Source: Hemiscyllium ocellatum (taxonomy: Eukaryota). From it: a DNA stretch of 64,000 nt. The notes below the pieces were generated by a model, which was given only the letters and a program-made list of their open reading frames with translations, did no database searches and was not told where the DNA came from. Where the stretch lies: contig NW_026867487.1 of the NCBI RefSeq assembly GCF_020745735.1, positions 3,906,001-3,970,000 on the forward strand, written 5' to 3'. How positions within the stretch are numbered: position 1 is the stretch's first letter; each line of letters begins with the position of its first letter. Below, piece by piece: positions 26,121 to 37,901 of this stretch. The position numbers were made by a program, and so were the translations under genes.

Positions 26121-26361
26121 AAAATGTATCTTGTTCTCAAAGCACATATTAAGGTACAATAAATATTTTAATTTAAAAACTAAAGGACGTAAAAACCAAT
26201 TGTATCAGCCACCACAGATTCAACTCATTCCAAGGGCAATTCTCCTCAGACATTTTTTTTTCTGTTTGATGATTATTTCCGGCTGACAGAACCAGCCTAA
26301 CGCGAATTTTAAATATGAATCTTTCATTCAATCAAAATTTGAGATAACTGGTTAAGAAACA

Positions 26362-26745
26362 AAGTTAAAGGTCACACGACACCAGGTTGTAGTCCAACAG
26401 GTTTAATTGGAAGCACACTAGCTTTCGGAGGGATGATCCTTCATCATTATCTTCTTGGAGATCCCCTCCACTTTAAGCCGGTGGTTAGTGGTGTTGATAG
26501 TAGTCATGATTTGGAGGTGCCGGTGTTGGACTAGGGTATACAAAGTTTTTAAAAATCACACAGCACCAGGTTGTAGTCCAACAGGTTTAATTGGAAGTAC
26601 ACTAGCTTTCGGAGAAACATTGATGAAGGAGCGTTGCTCTGAAAGCTAGTGTGCTTCCAATTAAACCTTTGAACTATAACCTGGTCTTGTGTGATTTTTA
26701 ACTTTGTACACCCCAGTCCAACACCAGCATCTCCAAACCATGGTT
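26362..26745. mobile_element. Cluster of Penelope 3'-repeat copies including a head-to-head palindrome
   Basis: A minus copy lies at about 26365-26445. Inverted arms at about 26504-26614 and 26637-26743 surround TTGATGAAGGAGCGTTGCTCTGAAAGCTAGTG. The same family occurs at 56590-56730. Confidence 0.8.
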
Positions 26746-27559
26746 AAGAAACAGCATTTGAATCACTGCCTGGGACAATTAAACCCACGAGCTTATTTTT
26801 TTAAATAGATTATGTGCCACCTGTTAATCTCAACTGTTCACTGAACCGAAGAATTTGTTGGTGAGCTGCCTTCCTGAAAGGCTGTTGTCTTTGGGATTCA
26901 TGGACAACCAAAAGGCTATAGGAACGCTTGTTGAAGGATTTTGAAGCATTGACTAAAATAATGATGTTCCCAGTCCAAATCAGGATGGGCTTGGAGCGAC
27001 TCGGAGGTGAACTTTTGTTGGGATCACAGATCCCTCATCTTATATCAACGGAATTTGTTGTTACTTTGAAAACAATTGTACCAAACCAACTCTCCCTGTC
27101 ATTGAAGTAGAGATTTGAACACATATCTGCCCAGAATTTGCATTTGAACTGTTTTTCTAGTTCGACCGACTGAGAGCTATTATTCTTTCTGCCTGAGCAG
27201 AATATATATGCTACATATAGCAGATCATCTATAATCTTCAGATTCAGAGTTTGAAGTAGGAAAGAACAAAGAACGCAGCACCAGCATTTTCATAAATTTC
27301 CTGCAAATGTGTTCACCGTCCCCAGAAACAGAACGAGAAAGGCATGTTCAAACACTCCTGCATGGAGTGTGTGCAGACTCATGCAAAGAGGAGCTAATGC
27401 CAGAAGCATGTGAACAACAAACATTGCTGTCATTGCTCAGAGTAGAATGGGATATGAGAAGTAAGAAATCTGTAGGTTGCTTTAAACTGTCTTCCAATCC
27501 ATTATCGTCGATGGCCAATGTCATTATCTGACTTGCTTTAGAAACACTTTCCCGGACAT

Positions 27560-27950
27560 AGCTTTCATATTTACTTTGCATATATTTCGCATTTTCCACA
27601 ACTTCTATCCACTTGTCCAGTCCATAGGCGAGTATTAGAATCCTTGTGGCCTTGTCGACCGCTGATTGAAAAATACTCGTAGTTAAATTAAATTTTACAG
27701 AGAACAACTCAGGAAAGTTAGAATACAGACCGAAAGAACTGTGGAAGGTGGAAATTTGAAACAAAAGTAGAAATTATAGGAAAAGCTCAGCAAGTCTGAT
27801 GGCATCTGTTGTGAGAAATAAGACTCACCATTTTAGGTCCAGTGACCCTTCTCAGAAATAAACTGAATTTAGGATTCTGGTGTATCATCTGCCTAATCGC
27901 ATCAGGAACTGTCGAGTCTGCCCTGGGTACTGGCTGTATCTTTGTGAATA
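27560..27950 (-). pseudogene. V relic split by a Penelope-derived insertion
   Basis: FR2 YSQYPGQTRQFLMRL at about 27945-27895, then the insertion at about 27865-27725, then FR3-like NFPELFSVKFNLTTSIFQSAVDKAT, which aligns by eye with family D FR3. Confidence 0.5.
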
Positions 27951-28142
27951 ACCTGCATCGCTTGTCTTCCAATTTCAAGTTAGTAGAATAGTACCATCGT
28001 CATTTAAAAGCCTTTTAAGAAACTAAATATTCCACTGTGTCTTGCAGACTCAATTACAACAAGAAACTTACACTAATAGTCATAATTCTGATCTCTACCA
28101 CCGCTGATTTACAAATGCTAATATCTGGGTTACAAGCATAAT

Positions 28143-28284
28143 AGAGAAAAAGAGGACTGAAAATGCTGGAGATCAGAGCTGAAAATGTGTTGCTGGAAAG
28201 GCAGCAGGTCAGGCAGCATCCAAGTAGCAGGAGAATCGACGTTTTGGGCATGAGCCCCTCTTCAAGATTTAGGATTCTGCGTCT
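28143..28284 (-). mobile_element. Short Penelope-derived hammerhead element with 15-bp target-site duplication
   Basis: GGTTACAAGCATAAT occurs at 28128-28142 and 28285-28299. The minus strand reads AATC-TTGAAGA-GGGGC-TCAT-GCCC-AAAAC-GTC-GATT. Confidence 0.8.
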
Positions 28285-29311
28285 GGTTACAAGCATAATG
28301 GTCGGGCAATATGGAGTGTTTTTTTCTTGGAAATTAATGTTGAATCAGAAATAGAATAACGACGAGAAATGGTGCAAGATTGTACCTCGTGGCGCTCTCT
28401 GGTTGTAATTCTGGAATATGCAAAACCCACTGTACATGATCCTTGTTCAGAACTGCTCCACTCAATGATAAACAGTAACAGTTGCAATAATTGCTCAACC
28501 AACACAGGACATGAAGGCGGGTGGGAACCAGAACAGCAAACAGGAGGGTGGCACTGCAGCACACTTGGTTCTGAGTGAGCTCACTGCTCCGTGTGAACAT
28601 AGACTTGAAGCATCATTGCTCAGTTGCATCTGGACTGATGGATATCGACACTTCTGTGACCTCCCAACTATCTTAACAACACAGTATCCAACCGACAATT
28701 TGGAAACGTTGAGAGGACGAATAATGTATCATTCAAACCTATAACGCAAAATAAGGGTATGCGGTCATGGTGTTTGTGCCTGCTGTTTAAGGAGCCTTGT
28801 AATTAGTTCCAGTACCATTATTGTTTTCACATTCTTTTGCTATTCCAGTTTAGTTTCTGTCTAAGTCTATTTACATTATCATTTTGAAAGTTAGCATTTA
28901 ATCTGCTTCTGCCATCTTAAGGTCTTACAAATTGCAATAATGTACAAGTTGTAAAAGATGCTTCCTTTTTTTTCAATATTCCTGGTCATGTTCCCCGTGT
29001 TACCGGACGACTTGACAAACAATCCCACATGCTCCATACAATGAAAGAATTATTGAGCTTCCAGACGCATCCATTATTGCCAGTGTATGATATTAACTTT
29101 AAAGCATTAACTTTTCATTTTAACTGGAGAGAAGGACTAATCTGTCTAAACGTAAAGCCGTTGAGTTGGAAGCAGAAACAAGTTAAGCCGAGACGGAATG
29201 ACTGAAAAGATTAGACTGAACAAGGGGAAGACAAATATATGAAAAAAACAAAATACGCAATTGGAACGAATCTCGACTTTCATCGTCAACTGATTTTGTG
29301 AACTCCACAGT

Positions 29312-29340
29312 TGATGTCACATCTGAGAAGACGACCAATC
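29312..29340 (+). promoter_or_regulatory. V promoter: CRE-like TGATGTCAC plus CCAAT box
   Basis: TGATGTCAC at 29312-29320 and GACCAATC at 29333-29340, about 125-150 bp upstream of the leader ATG at 29465. Confidence 0.6.
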
Positions 29341-29464
29341 GCAGCACAGGGAACCCGTGCTTAGTTTCCCAAGAAGTGAAGCCACCTCCCCACTTAATTT
29401 CAATGGCTGAGCTAAGCGTCGACAGATCATTTCAAGCGTACTGTTTACTCTCGAAGCAGATATC

Positions 29465-29934
29465 ATGTATTTAATGTATTTTTTTATTCTTAAGAATTGT
29501 CGGTAAGTTAGAGATAAAATCGTAATTGTACGTTTGATTGTATTTAATTATTCAAATTTTTAACACTTTGTCTGTGTTTGTTGCATGAACGAGCGGCCAA
29601 GATTAAGTTTCCCACAATCCACTTGAATGGACGGTTCAGAAAGGTGCTACAATGACACTGAACTGTCGTTACACAGTAGCTGAAGTATCTGATGAAACTC
29701 TCTTTTGGCACATCCAGTATCCTGGGGAGGCTCCAAGATACTTACTGCAGAGATACAATAAGCAGCAAGGAGAAAGGTATACAGATTTTAGCGACCAGTT
29801 TTCTGCTCAGTTGGACAAGGAGAATAAAACAGTTCATTTAAATATCTCCGAGGCTCAAGTCTCAGATTCTGCCGTCTATTACTGGGCACAGAGCTCCACA
29901 TTGACAGGCAGAGCAGTCAGCCACTGCAAAAACC
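29465..29934 (+). pseudogene. TCR alpha/delta V pseudogene (family B)
   Basis: The leader 29465-29502 is 38 nt (out of phase), the acceptor is AT instead of AG at 29585-29586, TAA lies at 29604-29606, and the second Cys is TGG (SDSAVYYWA). RSS is CACATTG (29897-29903), 22 nt, GCAAAAACC (29926-29934). Confidence 0.92.
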
Positions 29935-30402
29935 GACAAGACACCCTTAATATCTCTTTCTAGATAAGATCTCTGAGCCGAATCATGAATTGTTAGCAGA
30001 ATAAAATCACCGTTTTAAGATTAGTTTGCCCAGCTGTTTTATTTTTGCCGTTTCCATTCCACAACATTGTGTTTAAATCTATCTTAAGATCAGGTGTGTG
30101 TGTGTTTTTAACTGACAGTGAATCGTGCTGTAAACAGCAGATTCTGGTACAAGTACACCAACGCCAGCAATTATTTTCGTCTTTTCGCAAAAGAGAAATT
30201 GGCCCAAAAAATGATCCAGACTTGTGCTAATTGACAATTCATTACTATTTTTACATCAGCCAGGAGTCTTTTTTTTTCTAACGCTGAGTTTATTTCAGAA
30301 CGATGTGGATTGATTTTTGAATCTACCTCAAAATACGAGACTTGGCGTTATGCAGAAAGGTGGACATGCAGTAGATCAGGTAATGAGTGGGGGAACAGGA
30401 AC

Positions 30403-30740
30403 GAAATTTGAACTCGAGTACTGCAGTTTCTCCTCACTGTGATCTGTTGCCCGCTTTCACTCAGAACAAAAGGGCTGTTAGTTGATCGGATATCATTCAG
30501 TGACTCTTTCACAAATTAAACAATTGGCAGTGAAATCGAATGTGATGCAGATGAATTTCTGTTCAAACCTTCCATCAGCTTTGTGCCGAAACAATTCAGA
30601 GTCGTCATCATTGTCTGTTCAAACCAAGCAATATTTCAGAACGGACTCAGACACAGTGACACAGACCAGAGCACATTTTGGCCAGAAGCAAAATCTGAGT
30701 TTGACAAGTCGTACAGCATAACGATTGTGGATAAACACAT
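30403..30740 (-). pseudogene. Decayed V relic (family A-like) with 23-RSS
   Basis: Frameshifted GQNV/ALVC...IAWFEQT. A perfect CACAGTG (30441-30435) is followed by 23 nt and TCAAATTTC (30411-30403). Confidence 0.55.
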
Positions 30741-32654
30741 GTTGAGTAGCAGCACCTAACAAGATATCACCTCTGCACAATATCTCTCCTGCTATGTCCC
30801 GTCAGTGCTGAATAAAGAACTGAGATTTCAAATTTTAATTCATTCCAGAGTGAGCAATTGGCAGAAAAAACATGGTGATGTTTATTTAAAATGTATGTTT
30901 AATGTAGGTAATGTAGTCAGCATGTTTAGCTGGAAGACATCTTCGTCCACCAATGCTTGACAAGCAGGCCAAGACCCCCACCCAAGCAAAGCCTCTTCAC
31001 ACTCTGTAGGGATGCTGCATATTTATGATCTCAGACAAAAATAGAAATTGCTGGAAAGGTTCAGAGGTTATGGCATCAGTTGCATAGAGATGTCAGCGTT
31101 AAGGTTTCATTTCGAGTGGCACCTCCTGAGAACTGATGGTAAGCAGGAAAGCGTCAGTTTATTTGCAGATCAGAAAGTAGAGGAAGTGGGTGAGAAGTAA
31201 ATGACATATGGGGATAGAGCTGAAAGAGGGACAAGAGTAACTGGGCAGACAAAAGAGTGGATAGCGATCTGGTAATGAGGGTGAAAATGTTGCTTTAGGG
31301 ACTGTTAGAGGCTCACAATATGTGCTGTATAATTGCAGAATATGTAATAACAAGGCATGGTTGCGATAGTTAGGATAAGTACGTGGGAGAGCTCAAACTA
31401 TAAAAGTATTACATTCAACATTTATCCTGAAGGTCGCTTGGACCCATATGGAAAATGAGATGCTGTTCTTCCAGGTTTCATTTTGTTTTACTGGAGAGCT
31501 GCAGCAAGCCTGAAACAAATATTTTGGCCAGGGAACTGTGGTGTTTTGACGTGACAAGGAACTGAATGTGCAGTGTCTTCTATTTCGAACAGAATGCAAG
31601 CATTCTGTAAAGCTGTCACCCCAGTATATGCATCATTTCCCCAATTTCGACGAATTCACATGTTGCGCAGGGAATACAGTATGCTAGATTGTATGAAGTG
31701 GAGGTAAAGTGCAGTATTACCTGGAAGATATGCTTGCAGCTTTGGATAATGAGGAGATTGCAAATGAACGGACAAGTGTTACTTCTCTTTACAGTTGTAA
31801 CAGGTGTTTCCATGAGCCTGTTGCATCTATTGGGGGTGAAGGAGGAATCGACCAGGTACCTGCAGACAGCTGGCAAAGAACGGGACGGAAATATGTGTTC
31901 GGAAATCTCAGGTGTCCCTGGTAGAATAAATTATCAGAACTCAACACATCTGCAGAATCATTCTGATTAGTGACAATGAATGAAACGGGAGCTTTTCAAT
32001 CTAGTTTCGGCAACAGAATTTATTTTATTCATGCAGCATGTTTTAGTTTAGTTAATGACTGACCTGTGCATCAGGCAAATTTCAGATCAAGTTGTTTCTG
32101 CTTTCACTTGGCGGTCAAACGTCTCATTGGTCAATTAAAGACTGGACGTCTATATTTGGTCATCTTTTTTCTAAGCTCAAATGTCGCCAATTTTTCTTTT
32201 TTTATGACATGAACAGAAAATTATGGCTTTTGAAGTTTTCAGAACGTTAGATCAAAGTCATCCAATCACATGATTTGCAAGAAGTGAAATCAATTTGAAC
32301 TTAATCCAGGCTGACAGACTTTTATTTCCGGATGCTCTGCAGATTTTTCAGACCGAGAAACATTCGATTTCAAGCGCAGCAGCGATATGGCTGTCTGTTC
32401 TTTCCCTGGCATGGGTGATTTCCATTATTTATAAGGGGTTAAATTGGTGAAGGAATATATTTGGTAAATTACATATGTCAAATAAATATTAGAGCTGTAT
32501 TGAAGCGCACTTAGTTATTGCACTCAATTCTGGTGACTGTCTTACACACAAAAATGAAAAGGATACAAAGCACAACAGAGAAACGTTGTTTCTCTTACCG
32601 TCATGTTCTCTTACCGTCAGTACACAGTCAATGAACAAAAATCCACAAATCATG

Positions 32655-33565
32655 AACCCCCTCAGCCACATTGTCTCGTTTCATGGAACCCGAATGTACA
32701 GTTTATGCAAGAAACTACACCAAATTTTGAAAATCTTAGTAGAAGACTCACGCCAGTCCATTCACTCCAGCCAAGAATTTCTGGAAGTCATCAAATATCA
32801 ATATCGAAGAGGATGAAATAACGGTTTCCTTTAACGTAACAGCCCTATTCACATGCATCAACATCAATATGGCCAAAGAAACACTAACTACCCTATCACA
32901 AGATCCAAAGACACAAACACCAAACACGACTAACTTAATCAGCAATGACAAATCGCCAAGCTAGTGGACTTATGTCTTGTCACCATTTCACTTTCAATAA
33001 CAAATCCCACAGCGAAACCAATGGAACACCCATGGGCTGTCCAACGTCAGGATTCTAAGCAGAGGCAGTAATGCAGAGATTCAAATATACGGCTTTGCTG
33101 ACAATCCAACCCAAACTTTGGTTCCACTAAGTGGATGGCACCTTTGTCATTGCTAAACGAATTTATTTAGAGGAAATCTTCAGGGCCCGCAATTTAAATC
33201 TTACCAGCACAACATTCAATAAACAAGAGGAAAACAGTAGCAAATGCAATTTCTCGATGACAAAATAGAGCGAACAGTCAATGTTGAACTTCAAACCAAC
33301 GGCTAAAAGAAAACAACATATATGGACCAGAAGCACTCATCCCAACACCCAGAAACGAAGTTTCATTAGAGCGTTATTTCAACGAGCCACCACACACTGC
33401 AGCACAGAGGAACTATGAATAGCAGAGGAAAATCACCCACATAGCGTATTCAAAAGGAGCAAGGATCCAATGAGCTGAGTCCACGGATTTATCAGCAGCA
33501 AACCTAACCAAACCTAAACAAGCAGACTAAACGCGTCCAGATGCGCTAACCACTCTCCCCTACAT
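32655..33565 (+). mobile_element. Penelope-like element reverse transcriptase remnant
   Basis: IVSFHGT..., HSSQEFLEVIK, VSFNVTALFT, TNGTPMG and VDGTFVI (YVDDTFVI) motifs with many indels. Confidence 0.85.
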
Positions 33566-33599
33566 CAGGGAACCTTTCAGAACCAGGGACCAGCGGGCT

Positions 33600-33710
33600 T
33601 CCGGAAACGTACATTTCAATTTAGGTGAATGTATTCGCTAATATCTACGGTTTCAGGCCTCTGTTGTAGGTCTTGGAACGCATGCCCCGTAGATATGGCC
33701 GAATGCTGTA
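33600..33710. mobile_element. Possible DNA-transposon-derived MITE terminus
   Basis: TTGGAACGCATGCCCCGTAGATATGGCCGAATGCTGTA resembles Tigger/pogo-type MITE ends. No matching other end was found. Confidence 0.3.
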
Positions 33711-34457
33711 TAGAACGTTTAAATCGAGGAAACCCAAAAGTAAGACATGTCTTTTGAAACTGAAAATTGTAGATTTTCTTTGACAATTCTAATTTTCAAA
33801 ACTTAAATCATGAAAAATGCATGAAAAAAGCTATTTATGTTATATTTAGATTGCAATGGCATATAATGGCATAGTAGTAACATTACTCCCTTAGTAATTC
33901 AGAGGTTCAAATAAATGTTCTGCAGACAGGTCCACCAATAGGATGTAAATTCAGTTTTGAAATAATCTGTAATTAGCTAGTCCCTAATATTTGTGAAATG
34001 GTAATCGATTAGCATACAAACAAAAAAAAAAATCCAATGTTGGTATTCTTTCAAGAAAGAATGATGTTTCGTTAGTTGGTCTAGTCAACTTGTGACTCCA
34101 GCATAATCAATGTGGTTCACGCTTGATTGGCTTCCAAAAGCCTTTGAAAGGTGCCCCGTTGAAGGGCAATTAAGGAAGGAAAACAAATCATGTTTATTCC
34201 ACGAACACGCACATCTCATGACGGGATAAATAAAAGTCCCACATTGAAGGAATACATATTTTCATCATGCTCACCTATCAAGTAAACTTTTTAAATGTGA
34301 CCATTCATTGTATGATCTGGTGCCCAGAATGCATCGTGATTGTTCTTTGTGGACATTGCTGTATTCATCTTTGTTCAGTATTCTTTTATCCTGCCCTGAA
34401 ATCATTATCTTTGTGACCCTTCACATTCCAGATCGTTTGTTTTTTAAGTATGTGAGA

Positions 34458-34812
34458 GCAACATGAATTCGACTGGGAAAACACTACTATCATAGGGCAA
34501 GCCAGACAGAGAACAGCCAGGGAATTCCTAGAGGCATGGCATTCATCCACAAACTCCATCAACAAACACATCGACCTGGACCCAATATACCAACCACTAC
34601 AGCGGACAGCTGAAACTGACACCCGGAAGCGGCAAGGACAGACCACTATAAATATCGGAAGAAACATCAAAAAAGCGCTTCGCAGGAGGCTCCAGAGCAC
34701 TGATGATGTCGCCTAGCCAGGGGACGAAACGTTTGCAACAAAAACTTCCAGCTCGGCGAACAGAACCACAACAACGAGCACCCGAGCTACAAATCTTCGC
34801 ACAAACCTTGAG
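34458..34812 (+). mobile_element. Penelope-like element 3' end (GIY-YIG C-terminus plus 3' repeat), relatively young
   Basis: Open frame QHEFDWENTTIIGQARQRTAREFLEAWHSSTNSINKHIDLDPIYQPL, followed by a 3' repeat with a hammerhead core. Confidence 0.85.
34697..34736 (+). ncRNA. Minimal type I hammerhead ribozyme motif
   Basis: GCA-CTGATGA-T-GTCGCC-TAGCCA-GGGGAC-GAAA-C-GTT-TGC. The core is intact, helix II has 5 of 6 pairs, helix I is GCA/TGC, and the predicted cleavage is after 34733. Confidence 0.65.
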
Positions 34813-35155
34813 TGGCTTTAGCATTGAACAGTGTTCTATGAGATTATTGTAGTTATGTAGATACTCCTCATCTGTCAGGCTGCCTATTGCAGATATTTCA
34901 CATGTTTAAAGAAGAATGCTCATTTGCTGTTTTGTTTATCAAATTACTGATATGCATACGTGGTTAGGGGCAGAATAGTCTATTCTCAATGAAAATGGAA
35001 GCCGACAGTGATCCCGAAATAAAGAGCACAATCAGCGAAAGATTTCATGTTGCTTCTCCGGTATACTGCCAAAGCCCGCGAACAATTTAATGTGGCTGAC
35101 TTGTTGTTACAAACAGACATGAACATGAAGCAGCTGCGACCCAGGTATCAGTGGC

Positions 35156-35595
35156 ATTTATTGTACGATGCTTTCACCCTTTTCCAGCTCGATAAGACTC
35201 ATTATACCACAATAGAATGCAGTGTTAGACAAAAGCACCTTCGAGATTGTCAATGCGTACGATTTTTTGTCTGCTGCGGGCATCAGAAAACCAGGTCGGA
35301 GCGAAATCACCTTAAATGCATTGGTGCCAGTCGTGTACCTCTGGAGGTCGAACTCGGGCTGCCTATCTGGGTACTGACGGTACCAGAAAAAGTAATAAGC
35401 AGCGCCAGTGCCTGTGCAGTTTAACGTGAAATCCTCCCTCTCTGTCTGTGTGAGAGAAGGATTGTGCTGCTTGACAGAATCCCCAACGCTCAGATCTGGA
35501 GCACAGTGTTTAGTAAACTCTTGTGCAGTTGGCGAAAGTTCGCAGTCATATTCCTGGAAATGTCGATAGGAAGTAGGGCCAAAAGAAAATCTCAT
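35156..35595 (-). pseudogene. TCR alpha/delta V, open V exon but defective leader and RSS (family C)
   Basis: Exon from 35495: DLSVGDSVKQ...FTLNC...YFFWYRQYPDRQPEF...DKKSYALTISKVLLSNTAFYCG. The leader has no GT donor. The nonamer-like ACAATAAAT (35164-35156) has no recognisable heptamer 23 nt away. Confidence 0.88.
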
Positions 35596-37342
35596 TTGGC
35601 CATCAGGCCCATGTCACTCTGTGTGTAGTAACCAAGAGCAGGCACCCTTCCACTTCCTCGCATTCTACCAGCAAGTCCCTACACCTCTTTCACTCTCATG
35701 TGTACATGCATTTTACGTTTCAATGTATCTTCACTATTTTTTCAACGACTACGTAAAGTGTGGGGTCAGGGGCGCTGAGACATTCGCCAATTACTCTGGC
35801 TTAAGAAATTCCATTTGCATTGCCGGATAGATGATTTTTGTGCAAAATGATCTGAAACATCCATAGGTGACGCATTGTCTCCAAGTCCTCGACACCCATT
35901 CGTCCATCTCAAGATATAAATCAGTTAACCCATCTCTCTTCTCCTTAGTAGAGAAAGGAATTCCAAACGTTACATTGATTCATGGATAACATTATTTTTC
36001 CATTTTCATTCGATCGCTGGAATCACTTTCGGATTCCATTGTGTGACTCCATTCATTCTTCTGTGAGGAAAAGATCTGAATTGCTGACAATAGTTCAAGT
36101 GTGTTCCAACCCAAGTCAGATACACGTTTAAACTGAGTACATTTTTTTATTTCAAATTTATCCTCGAACAAAGACAATCATATTTAAAGCATTATACTAC
36201 TCACCAATTATTAAGCTCACAGAGACAAGAGCAGCAATGAAGGACCACATCACGGATGCTCCAGTATTCGAGGGGCCGTGTGTACTGCCAAACCGACAGA
36301 ACACTGGAACAAGAAAACTCTGGATAAATTAGAAAAGTTTCTACAGATGTCACCTTTTCCATATCGGATGAGCTCAGACCGTTGGACCTGACTGGTCTGA
36401 TGTCACTTCTGTCAACACGACTCTATGTTTATTAACAACAAATTCTGCTCATCAGAAACAAAGCTGAATAAACATGGACAGATTATCTCTAACTGATTCA
36501 ATGGCAATGTGATCTTTAACAGAATGAGAAATACTTTATCTGTAATTGATTTGAAAAACATTAAGTTTCCAACTAAACTGATGGACGATTCGACTGCGAT
36601 TTGACTTGAGAGAGAGAGAGAGAGAGGTAGAGAGAGAGAGCTTCGTCTTAAATTTAACAGCGATACATCTCCCCTATATTTGACATGAGAGCCATTTTGA
36701 TACGCAACTTATTTTGATTTTAACTGGTAGGAATTTTCATAATCCGAGGAACATTATCATGAGATTTGAGAGAAACAAAAAACGTATTTTTTAATGCGCT
36801 GAATCTTGTCATAAACTATAAATCACTGAGCTAGTGAAGAAGGAAAGCAGACTCCCTGCTAACGTTCGGAAAAAAAAAGTGCAATAAAAGCACTTGTAAT
36901 GGCATTGCGTCAGAATTTGTAAAGAGCAATGAGGTGTAAGGAGCTATTCTGCTCTTTCAAAGAAAAGACGCAGACAGAATGTCTGAATAGCATAAATTTG
37001 CTTTACATGTTTCTGAAACTCTTGATCTTTTACCACCACGCAATGTATTTGCGCCTCAGTGGCTCTTTTACTAAGGGAACAGAGTGGTCACAGAGTTCTC
37101 AACGTCCACTAGCTCCGGATATGGCTGAGGTGCGCTTTGCACTTTCTGTTCTCACACGGAGCAATGTATTCACTCAGCCGAGTCTGCAGAAATCCCGCCC
37201 TCAGCTTCCGTTTGATGCTCTCACGCTGGCATGACTTCCCTTACACGTGCTGCTTGAGCGATTGCTGCAGCTGGCATTGTTTGCCATTGACTGGATCACC
37301 TTTGAACGGGGATTTACCCAGATGTCAAATGCACAGAGCACC

Positions 37343-37901
37343 ATGAAAATTTGACTTGTCTTGCTACTCATCATTATCTATCTTTTCACAAGTAATTTCG
37401 TTTGCCAGCAAAACTCAATTTCCCTCACTTCAGAGGCTTGTAGCATTGGTGATTCTATTAATAAAAGAACGTTGAAGATAATCACAATTCTTGATTCCCC
37501 CCCCAACCTACGCCCAACGGATCACCCCCGCCACCCCCCCACCCCCCCCCCCCCCCCCCCCATCAATAGCACGGAGCCAGCAGGGCAAAGCGAAATTGCC
37601 TGGTCCTGATATGGCAGTTAAAGTGGGAATTAATGTCGAGTAACATGCAACTTGAAGACGTACAATTCTATCGCTCAAGTTTGCTAGTACAGTCAGCAAC
37701 CACAGCACCATCTATAATATGTTTACTTGATTGCAGAACTTATGGCAAACAGAAATTACGACTCCCCGATCCATTCTCTGTCGAATTGGATAAAATTACG
37801 AAGATAACCAAGTTTGCGACCAACAAGACTGTCACCTTCACCAGTGAGGTGAACTTATGTGCAATAGGTGGCACTGATGCAGTAGATTCCATACAAAAAA
37901 A
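37343..37901 (+). pseudogene. V pseudogene (family D, related to the 19 kb V)
   Basis: Leader 37343-37391 MKI*LVLLLIIIYLFT with a GT donor. A poly-C tract lies in the intron. The exon from 37570 reads ...MAVKVGINV/VTCNLKTYNSIAQVC*YSQQPQHHL*Y...LPDPFSVELDK...LCAIG. The RSS is shortened: CACTG... at 37872 and ACAAAAAAA at 37893-37901. Confidence 0.8.

Noticed and set aside
27348-27764. 138-aa ORF as a novel protein-coding exon with a strong acceptor
   Set aside because: The pyrimidine tract is the tail of a Penelope-derived element, and the rest is better explained as a V relic plus flank.
32380-32625. Leader-like MAVCSFPGM and duplicated TACCGTCA (YRQY) as a V truncated by Penelope
   Set aside because: No Cys-containing FR1 can be read, and the short tandem duplication could be chance.
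35763-35778. GGTCAGGGGCGCTG as a fourth CTCF site
   Set aside because: It lacks the 5' CCAC/CCAG half and one core G, so it is much weaker than the three reported motifs.
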